Counted from the whole stretch's first letter, positions 12,001-24,448 are shown. The stretch is 63,618 nucleotides of DNA, filler included, from Perkinsus chesapeaki ATCC PRA-425 (GCA_013115145.1; 8 parts of 8 records of this genome joined end to end with filler, not necessarily neighbours in it), one strand, 5' to 3'. Translations and numbers: made by a program. Notes: a model not told the origin generated them from the sequence alone.

Positions 12001-13531
12001 TGTAGCGTCGCCACTGGCGAGTCTCTCCTGCCGAGTGGTTACCTGGATGAATGGAGAGCTTTATCTCGTGAAGGCTCTCGCACTGACTCAAGCTTCTTAG
12101 CGCTTTCAGAGCTGACCAGTACACCAATGGGTGATGGCGTGGAGCGTGATCACGTATAATCTGATATTGTCGTTCCCCAAAGCGACGTCCATCAGACGTC
12201 CAGAGCGGCCTGCTGAGAATCGTACTGAGGAATCGTCGTCAAGCGCAATATCGAGTCGGGTGATATCCGACAGTTTCATACTCCCAACGATAAGCGCGAA
12301 AACGGCGAACTCCGCAGGCGATTGTCCTGCTGACATAGCCAGAGAGACCTGAGAGAACTCAGGTCAACTCAGGTGACTAACCCTGCTTAATATTAGAGTT
12401 GATAATTCGCTCGATTGAGTAAGCGAATCAAAAGTGATGTTGGTAGACACATGACAAGCTCGTTAGCTAGTGGTCACTTTGTTCGTGACGTATCTCATGA
12501 GTTTCACACTGTGAACGTTGACGTAACTTACCGAAGGAGATAGTCTCATGTTACTCAATGAATATGCGGCTTCACCGAGGACGATAGTAGGAAAGTGATG
12601 CACGATGATCAATGCGACGCTTTCTAATGTCTCCCTGAAGTAGTCCTATTGAGCATGCGAGCGGGGATCTGGAATAGATCACTGCAATGAGGGTTGAACA
12701 AAAAGGAAGCGGGTTTGGCCAACAGACTGCATATACAAGAAATGCTGCCAGACAGCTGGGAACGTTTCAGGGAAAGGTGAGTGTCGACCTCTGTAGCCCA
12801 CAGTGTAAGGGAAGAGCTAGCTCCTGCAGTTCTACTGAATCAGCGTCAGCTAGCGCTTGCACAAATGAGACCACGAAGTCGTCAGTCCACGGCAGCTCGG
12901 CCAGCGAGAGCCTCCGGAGGGTTCGCAAATGTCCACAGCTGATGTGCCTGTTAAGTTTTTGTTGGTACAGTAGGATCCAAGTTACTTTATGGTGAGCGCA
13001 CAAATCGATGTTGTGACTGCTCCATTATAGGATACGTCTAATTCTATCAAAGATGTCCCTCGGAAGTAGCCAAGAAGAAATGCAAGCTCCTCACTAGAAA
13101 GTAGGCTTCCTGAGATAAACTCAGTAAGACTTTCGTGCGTGCGTGTGCGAATTTGTACTCGTCAGATTTAGTTTGGCAGCCGGTGAACCTCTTAATTGCT
13201 TCAAATCTAACAGGGTGCCAAATCCAGGCCTTTTTCGACGACCAATGCAGTTGACGTATCGAACTTGGCTTGCCGTACACGCCTCTCCCAACTCAAAAGC
13301 CGCCTCGACGCCGATCTACAGGAGAGAACTTACTCGAGGAATACGGCCCAAGGGTTGACTGGTGGTCGAGACTGGTACTTCGAGTCTCACGAAACTCAGA
13401 GTGGCGCATGAATGATTCTGGATTGAGCACTTACGTTGTTCAGTCGAAAATCTAGCTCGATCAGAGAGGAGTTCCGGGGGAGTAAACTTGAGAGGATGTG
13501 AGCGCCGAACGCCTAACAGCAGATTGTCCAA
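9065..13531 (-). CDS. Multi-exon leucine-rich-repeat protein (RNI-like); exon structure and ends approximate
   Basis: LxxLxLxxN motifs in separate minus-strand exons: LIELDVSYN (about 13030-13060), LRRLSLAEL...LQELAL (12767-13003), LKAVNLCNCDL (10151-10489), LESVDLRGNSL (9403-9831), LKHLNIIDC (9065-9304). Confidence 0.55.
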
Positions 13532-14746
13532 CGCTTTCTCTGAGAAACCCGCCGAACGCGCTTTGTGAATAGCGACGCTTTCTTCTCGTTCTGGAGTCGC
13601 TTAACGCTCACGGCACGACGTAACGCCCGCCAAGTATAAAACAAGCGAGAGCAGTTATTGATTCGACCCCACAGACTAAATTGTGGCATGTCACCTGGGG
13701 TACGGCTGGCGCTTACTTCAATTCCAAACAGAGGGTTACGACCGGCGAAGCCGCATAGCCTGAGCGACGTGACTTTATTGTGAGTAATGTCCTACACAAG
13801 ACGGCTGGAAGAATATTTCACTTAGGAAGTTTACATGAACTGGAAGGCCATTGCACTCCATTATATGCTCTAAGCAGGCATTCAATTTCCTCAGTAAGGA
13901 TCTGCTGGACTGATAGTCTATGGGGTTTCCTCGAATATCTGAAACCTCGTGTCAACCATAGCCAATGAGAAAGGTATGTACTAACGGTGGAGTCGACGAC
14001 TCAAAATGAGTTTCAGATAGTAGAACATCATAGCTGGCGAAGTTTGCTAAACTGCAGTCTGCGGAGTAGCTTAGTTGTACAGCATCTTATTCTTTAAGAA
14101 AGGCCCATCACCCAGAGTATCGTCTTTGTGATTGCACTCACCTAGCTTTAATAGTCGGTCAGTATTCGCGCTCGCGATGATTCTCTTTATTATAGCAAGC
14201 GGTAGATCAGCGCCGAGGAGACAAATGGTATCCATGAGTTCAAATCCCCCATTCCCGAAAGACAGGTCCAGGGAGGTAGGAAAGGTCATGAGCTGAAGAG
14301 GTATCTTTTTATATAGAGTAAGATATCCAGGGAGTAGGCAAGTTCGGCCAATGCTGGTTGAACGTATCGTTGCAACGCTGATAAAAGACTTGCCATGTTT
14401 CAGAAGTTACCCTCAAATTTCATAGCATATACTTGTTGATACAATTCACCTGAGTCTTATCAACCTCAAGCAAGAGTAATGGATGAGGATAGACTGTGAG
14501 ACGTTGGAACATGTGAATTCGAATTCCGAACTTGAACTCAGCAGTAAGAATCTGTCAACGAGTCAAAGTGATTATACACCGTGAGAGTATGGTATGGTAC
14601 ACATTGTGATGGTCAGATTCGAATGGTTGGCTTCGCCGAGACGGGAGCAGGCAAGACAACAAGGGTACGGAATGAGTGATACGAAATACGCAATATGAGA
14701 AAATACGACCGGTTGACGAGGTTAACTTGATAATCAGCCACTAACC

Positions 14747-15799
14747 TCAAGCAGTTGCTCTGAGGATAGCCGAGCTGAGTTTTTTGTAGCATCGGCGACA
14801 AAAGAAAATCGAAGCATATACGAAGAATGGCAGGAATAATGAAAAAGACACTATTACAAGCCAACGGGCAGAACCATTTAACTCACTTCTGTGATACCAA
14901 CCGACAATTTCACCAACAACAATGGTGTGACTATCGCCAAAAGCCGCGTTCTTCGGTACCGTGTGCAAGTTAGTGATCCCCTTACCGCCGGGGAAGTGGC
15001 TGTAGTAAGCATCCAATACAGCGGTAGCATTATGTGGTACATTAATAGCTACGTCGTTGTTGAGTAGAGAGTTGACCACTGGTAGGATATCCTCTTTTTG
15101 AGCGCAGACCGACGGAACAGCACCTACGCATGCATAGGAGACGTTAGAAGCGTCTGAGCATTTGCACTCAGAGACTTCGACGTCAGATACCATGTAAATG
15201 TCGGTGAAGCAACCCTGTTGATCGAATACCGATGCTATACGCATTTGTTTCACGTCACAACCGGTGAATTCGTCCTCTGGATGATCTGAGAGGCCATTCT
15301 GGCCGAGATACTGTAGTTCAAAGCCAGCGGGGACGTGTGGGATCATTAGGGATGCAATGTTGACAGCGTCAGAGCGCTGAGCCAAGGCCGCCTTGCACTG
15401 TGATTCGGTGAACCCTGTGTCACCGTCTGTGTCCCAAGGGATCTGACCGCCGTCATGGCGGTACCAACCGAGCAGGCTTCCCGCCAGCAAGAAGGCATCA
15501 ATCCCAGTGGCTTTCAGAGCTATCGTTGCTACCTCGGTTGTTCTCTGAATGCACATAAGACGTTTTCTGTGCTCAGCAGGCGACCCCCAAAGATGGTAGG
15601 AGAGTAGGTCATCGTGATCCATGCAAATGGTTCTATCAAGATACAGGGACTCTTGCGGCCAATCTGTATCCTGGAGGGCCAGTGCGACGGTTTCCTTTGG
15701 GCATAGAAAGATCTGCTCCAAGGGTGCAAAAGGTACAACTTCTTCAGAAGAGACCTTGATCAATTCGTAGCGGGACAGAGTGTCGAGGAAGTAGGACAT
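14747..15799 (-). CDS. LicD-family (fukutin-related nucleotidyltransferase fold) phosphotransferase, copy 1
   Basis: FLLAGSLLGWYRHDGGQIPWDTDGDTG matches the LicD GTLLGxxRHxGxIPWDxDxD motif. C-terminal hydrophobic segment (WLVIVSFSLFLPFFVYASIFFC) followed by basic residues. Confidence 0.85.
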   Translation of the reverse strand: MSYFLDTLSRYELIKVSSEEVVPFAPLEQIFLCPKETVALALQDTDWPQESLYLDRTICMDHDDLLSYHLWGSPAEHRKRLMCIQRTTEVATIALKATGIDAFLLAGSLLGWYRHDGGQIPWDTDGDTGFTESQCKAALAQRSDAVNIASLMIPHVPAGFELQYLGQNGLSDHPEDEFTGCDVKQMRIASVFDQQGCFTDIYMVSDVEVSECKCSDASNVSYACVGAVPSVCAQKEDILPVVNSLLNNDVAINVPHNATAVLDAYYSHFPGGKGITNLHTVPKNAAFGDSHTIVVGEIVGWYHRSELNGSARWLVIVSFSLFLPFFVYASIFFCRRCYKKLSSAILRATA

Positions 15800-16858
15800 C
15801 TGTAGAGTAAATCTGTGACTAGAGAGTCCTATGGCGGTTAGATTCCAACGCTTCGGGTCGGTCCTCTAATCTCCGTACAATGACAAAGACCGCCCCTCAC
15901 ATTTCATACAAGACTAGTAGTGGTCTATAACGAAAGCTACGAACATAACACAGAAATGAATAATTGGAAGCGATGATATGGGTAGTACAGTACCACTGAA
16001 GTGAATAGGTTTTAGGGAAAGAAGAGGCTTGATGCCGCTCGGTATTACGGCTTACCAGCATACACGCTGCTGCATGTCAGTCGTTTCTATTCGCCTTCGC
16101 AACCCAAAGGCTCAAAGTTTGTGGCGAAAGGAAAGCCCCTTCGATGAGCATGCGTGCAACTCTATCGGTTACCGTCGGTGACTCACGGGTGAGACACACA
16201 GGAAATGAATACCAAGAAGGTGTCTCACAGCTTTAGGCCAAGCTGTTATATGCTTGTTCGACCCTTCCTTTTGCAGTGAAATATATACAACACATGTAGA
16301 GTTCGTATTTAGGCGGTTTGGTGCGAGTCCTATTCCCGAAGAACGACTCACTATTAGAAGGACTCACTATGAACTTGGGAGTTCTATAATAGCATGATGG
16401 GTAAGCGCCCAATATAGAGATTTTCGAGTTGTACCTTCATGTATATTCATGACTGCGTCCAAAAATGGACGTTATACCAGGTTATGCTACATGAAATGGG
16501 CTTGCGCCGCGGGCGCGCGTGCTCCTTAGCTTTGCCACGAAATAACATCCCCTCAATACTTGTTATGCATCTCCCACGACTTACTAGACAGCAATCTCGC
16601 CCTTTGAAAGCCAACATTGTGTGAAAGAGGGGTTCAAGGGTAGTTTCCTAAGGTGGGTCGCGGCACTCCTTCCTCTACAGGCCGCAGGCCCCATGCACGC
16701 ACGCTGCCGGGCGCGCTCTTCTGGGGACTGAGCAACCGGAGGCGGTAACGCATGTGAGGGTAATGCATTATCAAATCGATTCTTGTTCAGCGGTACCGCA
16801 ACTGACTTTATTAACCTTTTTAGTTTTTCGAACTATCTTGTTAAGCTCTAATATCGCA

Positions 16859-18056
16859 ATGATAATGAAGTATTTCATCTGCTTGGTTTCTGCGACTATT
16901 GTGCAGACCGAAGAATGCTATGATTCATTCTGTGGAAACACGGTAATCATCGATGATTACGAACCACATGAGGAAATAAGGAAGAAGTTGTACTAAGGAT
17001 GAGTTCTTCCTTTCCTCGTGGACTATGTTGCAGGTCCGGACAACCTGTTGTCGGTATAGATTTCGAATGGGACGCCACCAGAGGTGGAGCTTATGCTCCT
17101 ATTTCCTTGGTAAGTTCACGGGCCAATACTACCGGCTGATTTTGCTGCTTACTTGCTTTTCAGGTCCAAATCGCCATCCCTGATGCTGTCTTCATCTTTC
17201 GTATCTTCCCGGGAGATCCACTCCAAGACATTGCCCGAGAAATTATAAATAATGATGTATGTGCGGCACGCTTTTGTGCGCTAAGGAGGTCCATCCGGGG
17301 GTCCTCCTTGTAGTCCACATGGCACTGACCAACGCTAAGACACGGACTAGACGCTGAACATCTGCTGATAGGACTTCTCAGGAATACGATCGTTGTCAGA
17401 TAGTTCTGAACGCCACGCGGTGGAGACATAGTAGATCTCCGTTATCGCTGCTCAGAATATACTGAAGCTTGGAGCCTCCATCGGTAACAATGATCGCATC
17501 AAACTTAGGAGAGATTTCGATGTTGACCTGAACTTGGACGCCACCATAGACATGGTCCAAGTCGCAAGAGACCGAGGTTTGAAGAAGCCCGGAATGGAGG
17601 GTATGTGCCTCTCCATAGGATATGATATCGGCAAGCCGAAGTAGCTGGAGCAGTTGGAGCAGGCTGCTATCGAAGTCTAAGCAATGCATCTCCGTGAGCA
17701 GGTTCTCTTCAGAGTTCTACACGTGGACCAATTACCGCTTAACCTGCGGTCAACAACGCTATGCAGCTAACGACGCATGGTTCCTCCTCCTTGTTGCTGC
17801 AACTTGGGAAGTGATCGATGTCGATGTAGGCAGCCAATTTATTATTAGTACCTCGTTAATGTCGACGACATCATGTCGTACTTTCGCGAATGGTTCTACT
17901 TTTCAGGCTGACACTCTTGCTACAATGCGCAGCTCAATCGCAAAGGCTACAGCTGTCACAAGTTCCGATGTCGGTGAGCCGGTAAGTCGAAGGGATTTCC
18001 GACTTCTCTCAAAGAGGTTCTCTTCGTCAGGATTGCAAATTGTTCTGCCCGGGTAG
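16859..18056 (+). CDS. DEDDy 3'-5' exonuclease (WRN-exo/EXD-like), spliced, with hydrophobic N-terminus
   Basis: Hand splicing (GT-AG introns about 16990-17033, 17110-17163, 17257-17455, 17641-17701) gives ...LSGQPVVGIDFEW...VQIAIPDAVFIF...NILKLGASIGNNDRIKLRRDF...TIDMVQVA...QQRYAANDAW, i.e. ExoI DxE, ExoII D and ExoIII YxxxD. Confidence 0.85.
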
Positions 18057-18587
18057 CGGCTGCCCCAAACTGTAATGTCTGGACTTAATACAAGGCTTTT
18101 TGAAGCTATGACTTTTCTATGCTAACGGTGTCAACTTTCTCTAAACGCATCTCTTATGTCAGCAGTCTCTTGCAAGTATATTGTTAAGTTTCCACGTTAA
18201 CAGGATTGCATGAATACCTTCACTGGTGGCAGTGGCTTATCCAAATAGCCCATATTCAGGGACTCCCCTCCCACCGACTCATCTCTGCTGAATAGAGAGA
18301 ACTACGATATACTCTTTACAAAGAGTCTTTAGTATGTCCATCAATTGAAGGGAAACTCAAGCACGATGAGGATAGTGCGACACAGGTGTCCAGTCGTGAT
18401 AGTATAGAAGAGAGCTCGGCACCAAGAGGCATTATTGTACAGCATCGTGTACGATGCCTCGTCGTGAGCGAGCAAGAAAGAGCCACGAAGATCGGTCAAA
18501 TATGACAACAGCGTCGAGAGAAGTATAATAGATGAAGAGCTATGGTATGGTGGGACTACCCGAGTAGCATGAGACGAAGTATTATTA

Positions 18588-19703
18588 CTATACAATATCT
18601 TGCTCAACTTGAACAAAACCTATTTTTCGACGACGAACTGTACACAAGATATATAGAAGTCCGGGACATAACAGAAGAGGGACAAGCATGAGAATAATGA
18701 CGCCATAAAGCCGAGGCCGGTCAACGGTGACTCTACCGCTGAACCTTGAATCAAGCTCATCACCAACAACAACGGCCCAATCATTTTGGAATAAATAATT
18801 TTTCGGAACGCCACGCATGTTCATAATACCCGGATGCTTACGGTACAATACAGCAAGCACATCTTCCGGTCGCGCAGGAACCTCTACAGCAAACTTCTCA
18901 ACCAGGGAGCTGTTCTTCAGCGGTAATAGAACATCCTTCTTAAAACATACTCCTTTCCTCAGGCATATATCGTCCTCATCATCGATGGAGATGTAGATGT
19001 CAGTGTGGCACCACTGGTCGTTCACCGTACTACCGACCCTCAATTCAGGAACATCGCACTGCTTAAACTCGCTACCACTAGGGTTGCTATGGACGACATG
19101 ATCTTCGTCAATCGCATATAAGAAGTACCCAGGAGGAAGCTTATCTTTTATAATATCACTGATACCCTCTACACCGCCATCGCTAACTGCCTGTGTGCAC
19201 TGTGAGCGAAGTACCCCAATATCTCCGTCCAAGTCCCACGGAATTTGGCCACCATTATGTCTGAACCAACCCAAGAGAGTTCCATCCGTTATAAATGCAT
19301 CAAGGCCGAGGTTCGACAGGAGCTCGCTAGTGAAGCCCGTGACTTTCGCCACACACTCCAGTCGATCCGAGTTAGCAGCCTGAATCTCACTAGTTCGCAG
19401 GCACTTTCGGCCGTCGATGTAGAGATCCGATTTTGGCCATCCCGATGATTTCCGTAAATAGGAGACTGTCTGTTTGGGGCAAAGAAATATGTCATCCAAA
19501 TCAGCGTGTTGCAGTTCAGTTTCATTCCAGACACGAATAACTTGTGGCCGCGTTCCTAGCTCGAACTTTGGAGCAAGTAAAGGCGATAGGAGGAGCCATG
19601 ATAGATTAAGCATCATGAAGGAGAACTTATCAAGTGAGAGAGTTGAATAGGAAACTTGAACCCAACAAACATCACACCAAAACAACATCGACTTTGGCTT
19701 CAT
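18588..19703 (-). CDS. LicD-family phosphotransferase, copy 2
   Basis: FITDGTLLGWFRHNGGQIPWDLDGDIG LicD motif. Shares IFLCPK.TV...WP...LY.D with copy 1. N-terminal hydrophobic stretch (MMLNLSWLLLSPLLA) and C-terminal TM plus RRRK. Confidence 0.85.
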   Translation of the reverse strand: MKPKSMLFWCDVCWVQVSYSTLSLDKFSFMMLNLSWLLLSPLLAPKFELGTRPQVIRVWNETELQHADLDDIFLCPKQTVSYLRKSSGWPKSDLYIDGRKCLRTSEIQAANSDRLECVAKVTGFTSELLSNLGLDAFITDGTLLGWFRHNGGQIPWDLDGDIGVLRSQCTQAVSDGGVEGISDIIKDKLPPGYFLYAIDEDHVVHSNPSGSEFKQCDVPELRVGSTVNDQWCHTDIYISIDDEDDICLRKGVCFKKDVLLPLKNSSLVEKFAVEVPARPEDVLAVLYRKHPGIMNMRGVPKNYLFQNDWAVVVGDELDSRFSGRVTVDRPRLYGVIILMLVPLLLCPGLLYILCTVRRRKIGFVQVEQDIV

Positions 19704-20184
19704 GCTGAAGATTCCTCAATGACATCTATCATCATGCTAGTAGCGTGTGCCCATCATTCTACCGAGACTTCACCACAATCACCACCTAGGAGACAATCGT
19801 TATCGCTTCAAGTGATATTTTTCGGATGATATCTATGCTGTATTGATTAAGCCCCCAGCCCTCCGCTTCTTAAACAATTCGCTCAAGCCATCAAAGAGAC
19901 GCACTACCGTTCCAAGAATCAATGCCTCCTACTATATACCCCCGAAATTGCACCCTCCACTATCAAAGCGTCTGAACTATCGAGTGGCGTGATGCTCCAG
20001 GAGGAATTTCCGGACTACCTTCCTCTCAAATACGTGAATCCCCAAAAGACATGTCACGGTCCATTATATTACCTGGGTCTACTGGAGGACTTGTATTTTG
20101 CATTTGAGGCTGGCATGCCGAGGAAGCCGGCACCGGTTTTCCTGCTTTCTTCGCTCCCTTGGGGAGATAGCACCTGGCTGGTAC

Positions 20185-21238
20185 CTATCGAGCAAATGTC
20201 ATCGCCAAGATGGCCTTGTTAACACTAACCGTCTTGAACTTAGACAGTTTGAATAGCTCCGCCTTGTCGCTCTCACCAATAACATGCTTGTGATGAGCAG
20301 ATTTCCCAACAGCAGCATGGCCCTTTGCCGCCTGGACAAACGTCTGCCATAAGGAATTCCTACACGCTCCCACCTTGGTGGATTTAATTTTCAGCTGGCA
20401 ATGAGTTTTTGCTTTCTCCTCCGCCTCTGCCATCTCCTCGTACCGTGCCTCAACTACCATCTCCGATTCCTACGCAGAAAAGTCAGTTGGCGCTCCAACG
20501 GCATCCTCACTCACCAGACCGAACTGGTTTGAGATAACGCACGAAATCGGTGTACTAGGCCTAGTTTTCTTGCCGTATCTGCCAAGACTTCCTTCACATA
20601 ACCCTCACTACCCTTTCGTGACCACTCACACAAAGTTTGCTGGCATCGGCTCATGATGACGTGCCCCCACGGCATCACCACTGTGCTGTTTTTTCGAGCC
20701 GCTCTTATGAACCAGGAATCTGTCAAATTAAAATACCGTATCGGTAACCCCCGACTCGCCAATAGTACTTTGGGTGCTGCTCTCGGTAGACTTTCTGAGA
20801 ATGCGCATTAACGCATTTCCCATCATCGATCGCTGATTTGTTCAGAGAGCGAAAGTCCTACAGGAAATTACCGAACCCTTCCATACTCCATTATCGCGTC
20901 GCTACCAGAACGTTCGTCTCCGGCAAAGCGTTTGGAGTGTGACTTTTCCACGTCATAGTGATCTCTTTGGCTCCTTCAGGATCGGCACCCTAATGTTAGA
21001 TGTAAGATGTCAAGTTAGAATTTCTTTAAAAGGTATTGAAAAAACCACCCCGTGGAGTAAATTCGGGGAGCAAGATATCGACCGATGTGTCCACTGTCTC
21101 CCACTCTATTACCTCACTTTTGCCGTATACAAAGCCCTCATTGGGAAGATCGTAATAAGTAGGCTTGGCATGTCCTACATCATCCTTCATCAGTAAAGGG
21201 TTCCGGTTTCTCGTTAAGAAGTGACTAGCGGCTGCCAT
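20185..21238 (-). CDS. CFAP77: Cilia- and flagella-associated protein 77-like (DUF4483), multi-exon; 3' end approximate
   Basis: NPLLMKDDVGHAKPTYYDLPNEGFVYG at the N-terminus, GKKTRPSTPISCVISNQF (about 20520-20575) and ELFKLSKFKTV near the end, all typical of the family. Confidence 0.7.
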
Positions 21239-21403
21239 TTCAGAATTATCGACTTATAAGATTCTAGATAATATCCCCAAAGGTAAGATACGCAACATAC
21301 ATACAAAAGCAGAGACACCTTCACATGTCAGCACGATAATTTCAACTATACTTGAGATGACCCCGGACGTGATCAGTCACTGCTGTAATCAGTAGTGCTA
21401 TCA

Positions 21404-22010
21404 TCATCGCTGTCGTGTCCATGCTTTCGCCGTATAAAACGGAAGTACACGGCTGTCACTGAGCAACAGGACGCGCTTCGGCCCACCTCTTTTGGAAGGT
21501 TCCCTACGTGCAATTGCAGCGGCACCAGCGACTGTCCCCCACATCATATACCACTTAGCATTATACGCAGCAATCCAGCTGTCGGGGTCCAATGGCTCCA
21601 CTTCTCTTGGGTGAGCATTGTAGCTGACCAACAGACGTGGACCAGACAAAGTGAGAGGGCGTGTTGAGCTTTACCTGGGATGCGTTCCTGGTGGCTGCTT
21701 GTAAGGGTACTTAAATCCCCCATCGTTTCCATTCTGTTGACTGTTGTCATTCCTATCCGACTTTTGGTCAGACAGCCCAGAAAAGTCAGGAAAGTTGAAG
21801 AAGGCGGTCGGCTGGCGCTCTGTGCAGAACGCTTCCGATGGCCTCAAACCTGTCACGAGAAACAAACCCTTACACTGAGCTCCTTGGCGTGGAAATTTCA
21901 AACAAGTCGGTTACGAAGATTCACCCACCCCAGCCAACTGAACAGGTCGTCACGGCATACGGCAAGAGCGATCGGTGTTGCCATCCTCTCTGAGGCGGTG
22001 AGCATCGGTC
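21404..22010 (-). CDS. Small multi-exon hypothetical protein with one probable TM helix
   Basis: GT-AG-bounded exons join to ...GFKYPYKQPPGTHPSYNAHPREVEPLDPDSWIAAYNAKWYMMWGTVAGAAAIARDSRV... No family recognised and the start is uncertain. Confidence 0.35.
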
Positions 22011-22567
22011 ACTATAATGTGACCGCCGGAGTGAGCTGCTGTTATGGAAGAGGAATGACTCGGCTTCGCTGAATGACAGCGGTAAGGTCGAACAGACAGT
22101 CATCGAACAGTGCGCAGCGCAACTGCGCATTATTAAAGCGCTCGCCCGACTGATCGATATGGTGTCAGGCCGGCGGAATCCGCGTCATGCCCTGAGACTA
22201 TCTACTGTATAGAGTCGAATCGTTACATTCTTTGTCGGCGAAGTCTAGTATATCTAGCTGTATAGTGTACCTATTCCTTATTGATCGAACTCTACGAAAG
22301 TTAATCATAACTGCCGTTACAAGGGCTATTATATACTGTAAAGTGTAATACCCACACGATATGGCACATACACATTATATCATATATGGCTGAAGTATTA
22401 TTAGGACAGCTCCAATTACAATGTCGGCTGTCTCAAAAATGAATGAGCGATAGAATTCGTAGGAATGCGTTAGGCTTTCCAGGTTGTATCTGGTAAACTG
22501 GTTACCGGCTTGACTTTACTAATGCCACAGTGTATCCTTGCTTCTTTGGAGTATCCTTTCTTTCTCA

Positions 22568-24064
22568 ATGACCGCCACGGTACCAGTTGTACCATCTTTG
22601 ACCTTGCCACTACTGAGCCCACGGAAGGAACCTGTTGTCGGTAAGCCCATATATGCTATGTGGGCTTCATGGGTCGACACTGCTTGGCAGCTACCCATCG
22701 ACCCTGCGAGATAATTCCGGTGGAGGAAAGTGTTGGCCGCGTTGGAGCTGCAACATCTCGCGTGAAGAGTGCGAGACAGAGGTGAGTAGTTTTTCGTACA
22801 ATTTTCGAAGAAGCCTTATCCCACTACTGCCCTCAGTTGTTCAAACCAACCAGCGACTGCTAGACTCAGAGTAAGCTCGCCCAAGGTGAGTGCTATGAGC
22901 TGCTGTGGACCATATCATTCATCGCGCTCTTGTAAGATGTCCTCTCGAGAACAGCGGACGCCAGTGCTAATGGCCTATTCGAAGGCCATACATACTAAGA
23001 CAGAGGGTGAACGAATTTACCCAAGTTTTGCATGCGTCCACAACCTTTGCAGGGTCGTCCTCGCAGTGGGGACGAGGGCCGAGTCCCACGGGCTGTTTCA
23101 GATTCCATAGGACACCTCGTAGAGTAAGAGACCTTGGCATTGTCGCTCAGTGACGTAGGCTTGATGGCAGGCTGACGAGGCTGCGGTAACAGCTTTCCAG
23201 GCTTATTACAGCCGCGCAGGACTGCCTTTCAGGATAAAACACGGCACACGCAAAAGCATACGGTAGGCATTATCGAACGCGTGGCATGTTCGGAGCACTG
23301 AGTCGATTTCAGATGGGAAATGCCTCCGGATACGATCGACTACTCCGTGGTTCTTCCCGTTTTCGTAGATGGTTTGAGGGAAGTGTCCCAACCGTAAGGC
23401 CGGCTGCGCTAGTTGGTCTCGTCGAGAGACCCGCGACTCGTGGGCCTCGAGCTCCTAGTGGCGGAATTACCTTGCGGATGACTCATCGACTTTGCCCGGG
23501 TGATGGTAGATACGATTTTATGGCGTACGAAGGGGCTTTAGAGCTCGTCCGTCGGGGAGGAGACGATCGTGTTCTGCCTGTTATTCCTAAGCTGGTGAGG
23601 CGTTCATCCTCATGAGGCGGTCGCGATAGGTTGTTCATCCTAGATCTTACCACTGAAACGTGCCCTTAACTCCAAAGACCCCAGAGTGATGCGCAAGGTG
23701 ACGTGCATGATAAGTGCGTCATTTTGAGGCGTTCCTTTCAGGCGCTCCATTTGCTACAAGTGCTAGTCAGGAGTGGTGAGCTGATTGGGGAGGCGCTCGT
23801 GCCATACTACCGCCAGTTGTTGCCAATATTTAATGTGTTCAAGAAACAGAAGAATATGGGTAGGAACGCACTCGAGAGTGGCTCAGTGGCGCCTGGATAG
23901 ACTCGTCCCATCGCGAGTCTCTTAGAAATACTGAAAGGCTTTTCAGTTCCAAACCGCTTACGTACCTTTTTTCAGGAGATTACATAGACTTTAGATTCAA
24001 AAGAAACATAGGTGCACTTATCGAGGAGACGTTGGTGGTTCTCGAGACGCATGGAGGGGAAGAC
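22568..24064 (+). CDS. PACRG: Parkin co-regulated gene protein (axonemal inner junction); N-terminal exons uncertain, last exon not identified before the contig end
   Basis: Spliced product: [18 protein letters not shown]...[23 protein letters not shown]...[21 protein letters not shown]...[19 protein letters not shown]...[20 protein letters not shown]. Confidence 0.9.
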
Positions 24065-24114
24065 GTGAGTTTTGTTCAAGCCCCAGGCTCGTGGGGTTTT
24101 TGTGTTTAAGCCCG

Positions 24115-24178
24115 TCTAGCTCAGGAGGTAGCCACGACCGCCCGCGAAGCGGGCGGTCGTGGGTAACTCCGTGCTAGA
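24115..24178. repeat. 64-nt GC-rich fold-back palindrome in the last visible PACRG intron
   Basis: Perfect 14-bp core CCACGACCGCCCGC-GAA-GCGGGCGGTCGTGG (24132-24162), extended by GGAG/CTCC and TCTAGC/GCTAGA arms. Confidence 0.85.
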
Positions 24179-24348
24179 GGTCGTGGGTAATGCAAATCTC
24201 GCTCGCCCAAAAATAGAGGTCGTGGGTAGGGGCGCTGGTAGTGACGCCCGGAGCTTATTCCCAACGTGACATCTCCTCTCTTGGGGCCCCAATGCTTAAT
24301 CCCACGGTCTCCATTTTCAGTGCTGTCCTTTGACGCCTCTGTGGCATT

Positions 24349-24448
24349 NNNNNNNNNNNNNNNNNNNNNNNNNNNNNNNNNNNNNNNNNNNNTTAATTAA
24401 TTAANNNNNNNNNNNNNNNNNNNNNNNNNNNNNNNNNNNNNNNNNNNN
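24349..24448. other. Artificial contig spacer
   Basis: 44 N + TTAATTAATTAA (stops in all six frames) + 44 N. Confidence 0.98.

Noticed and set aside
14071-14400. GADLPLAII plus an upstream GKS next to an LRR gene suggested an NB-ARC/NLR-type receptor
   Set aside because: No proper Walker A or B motif, the frames are broken, and an intergenic-looking stretch (about 13550-13780) separates it from the LRR gene.
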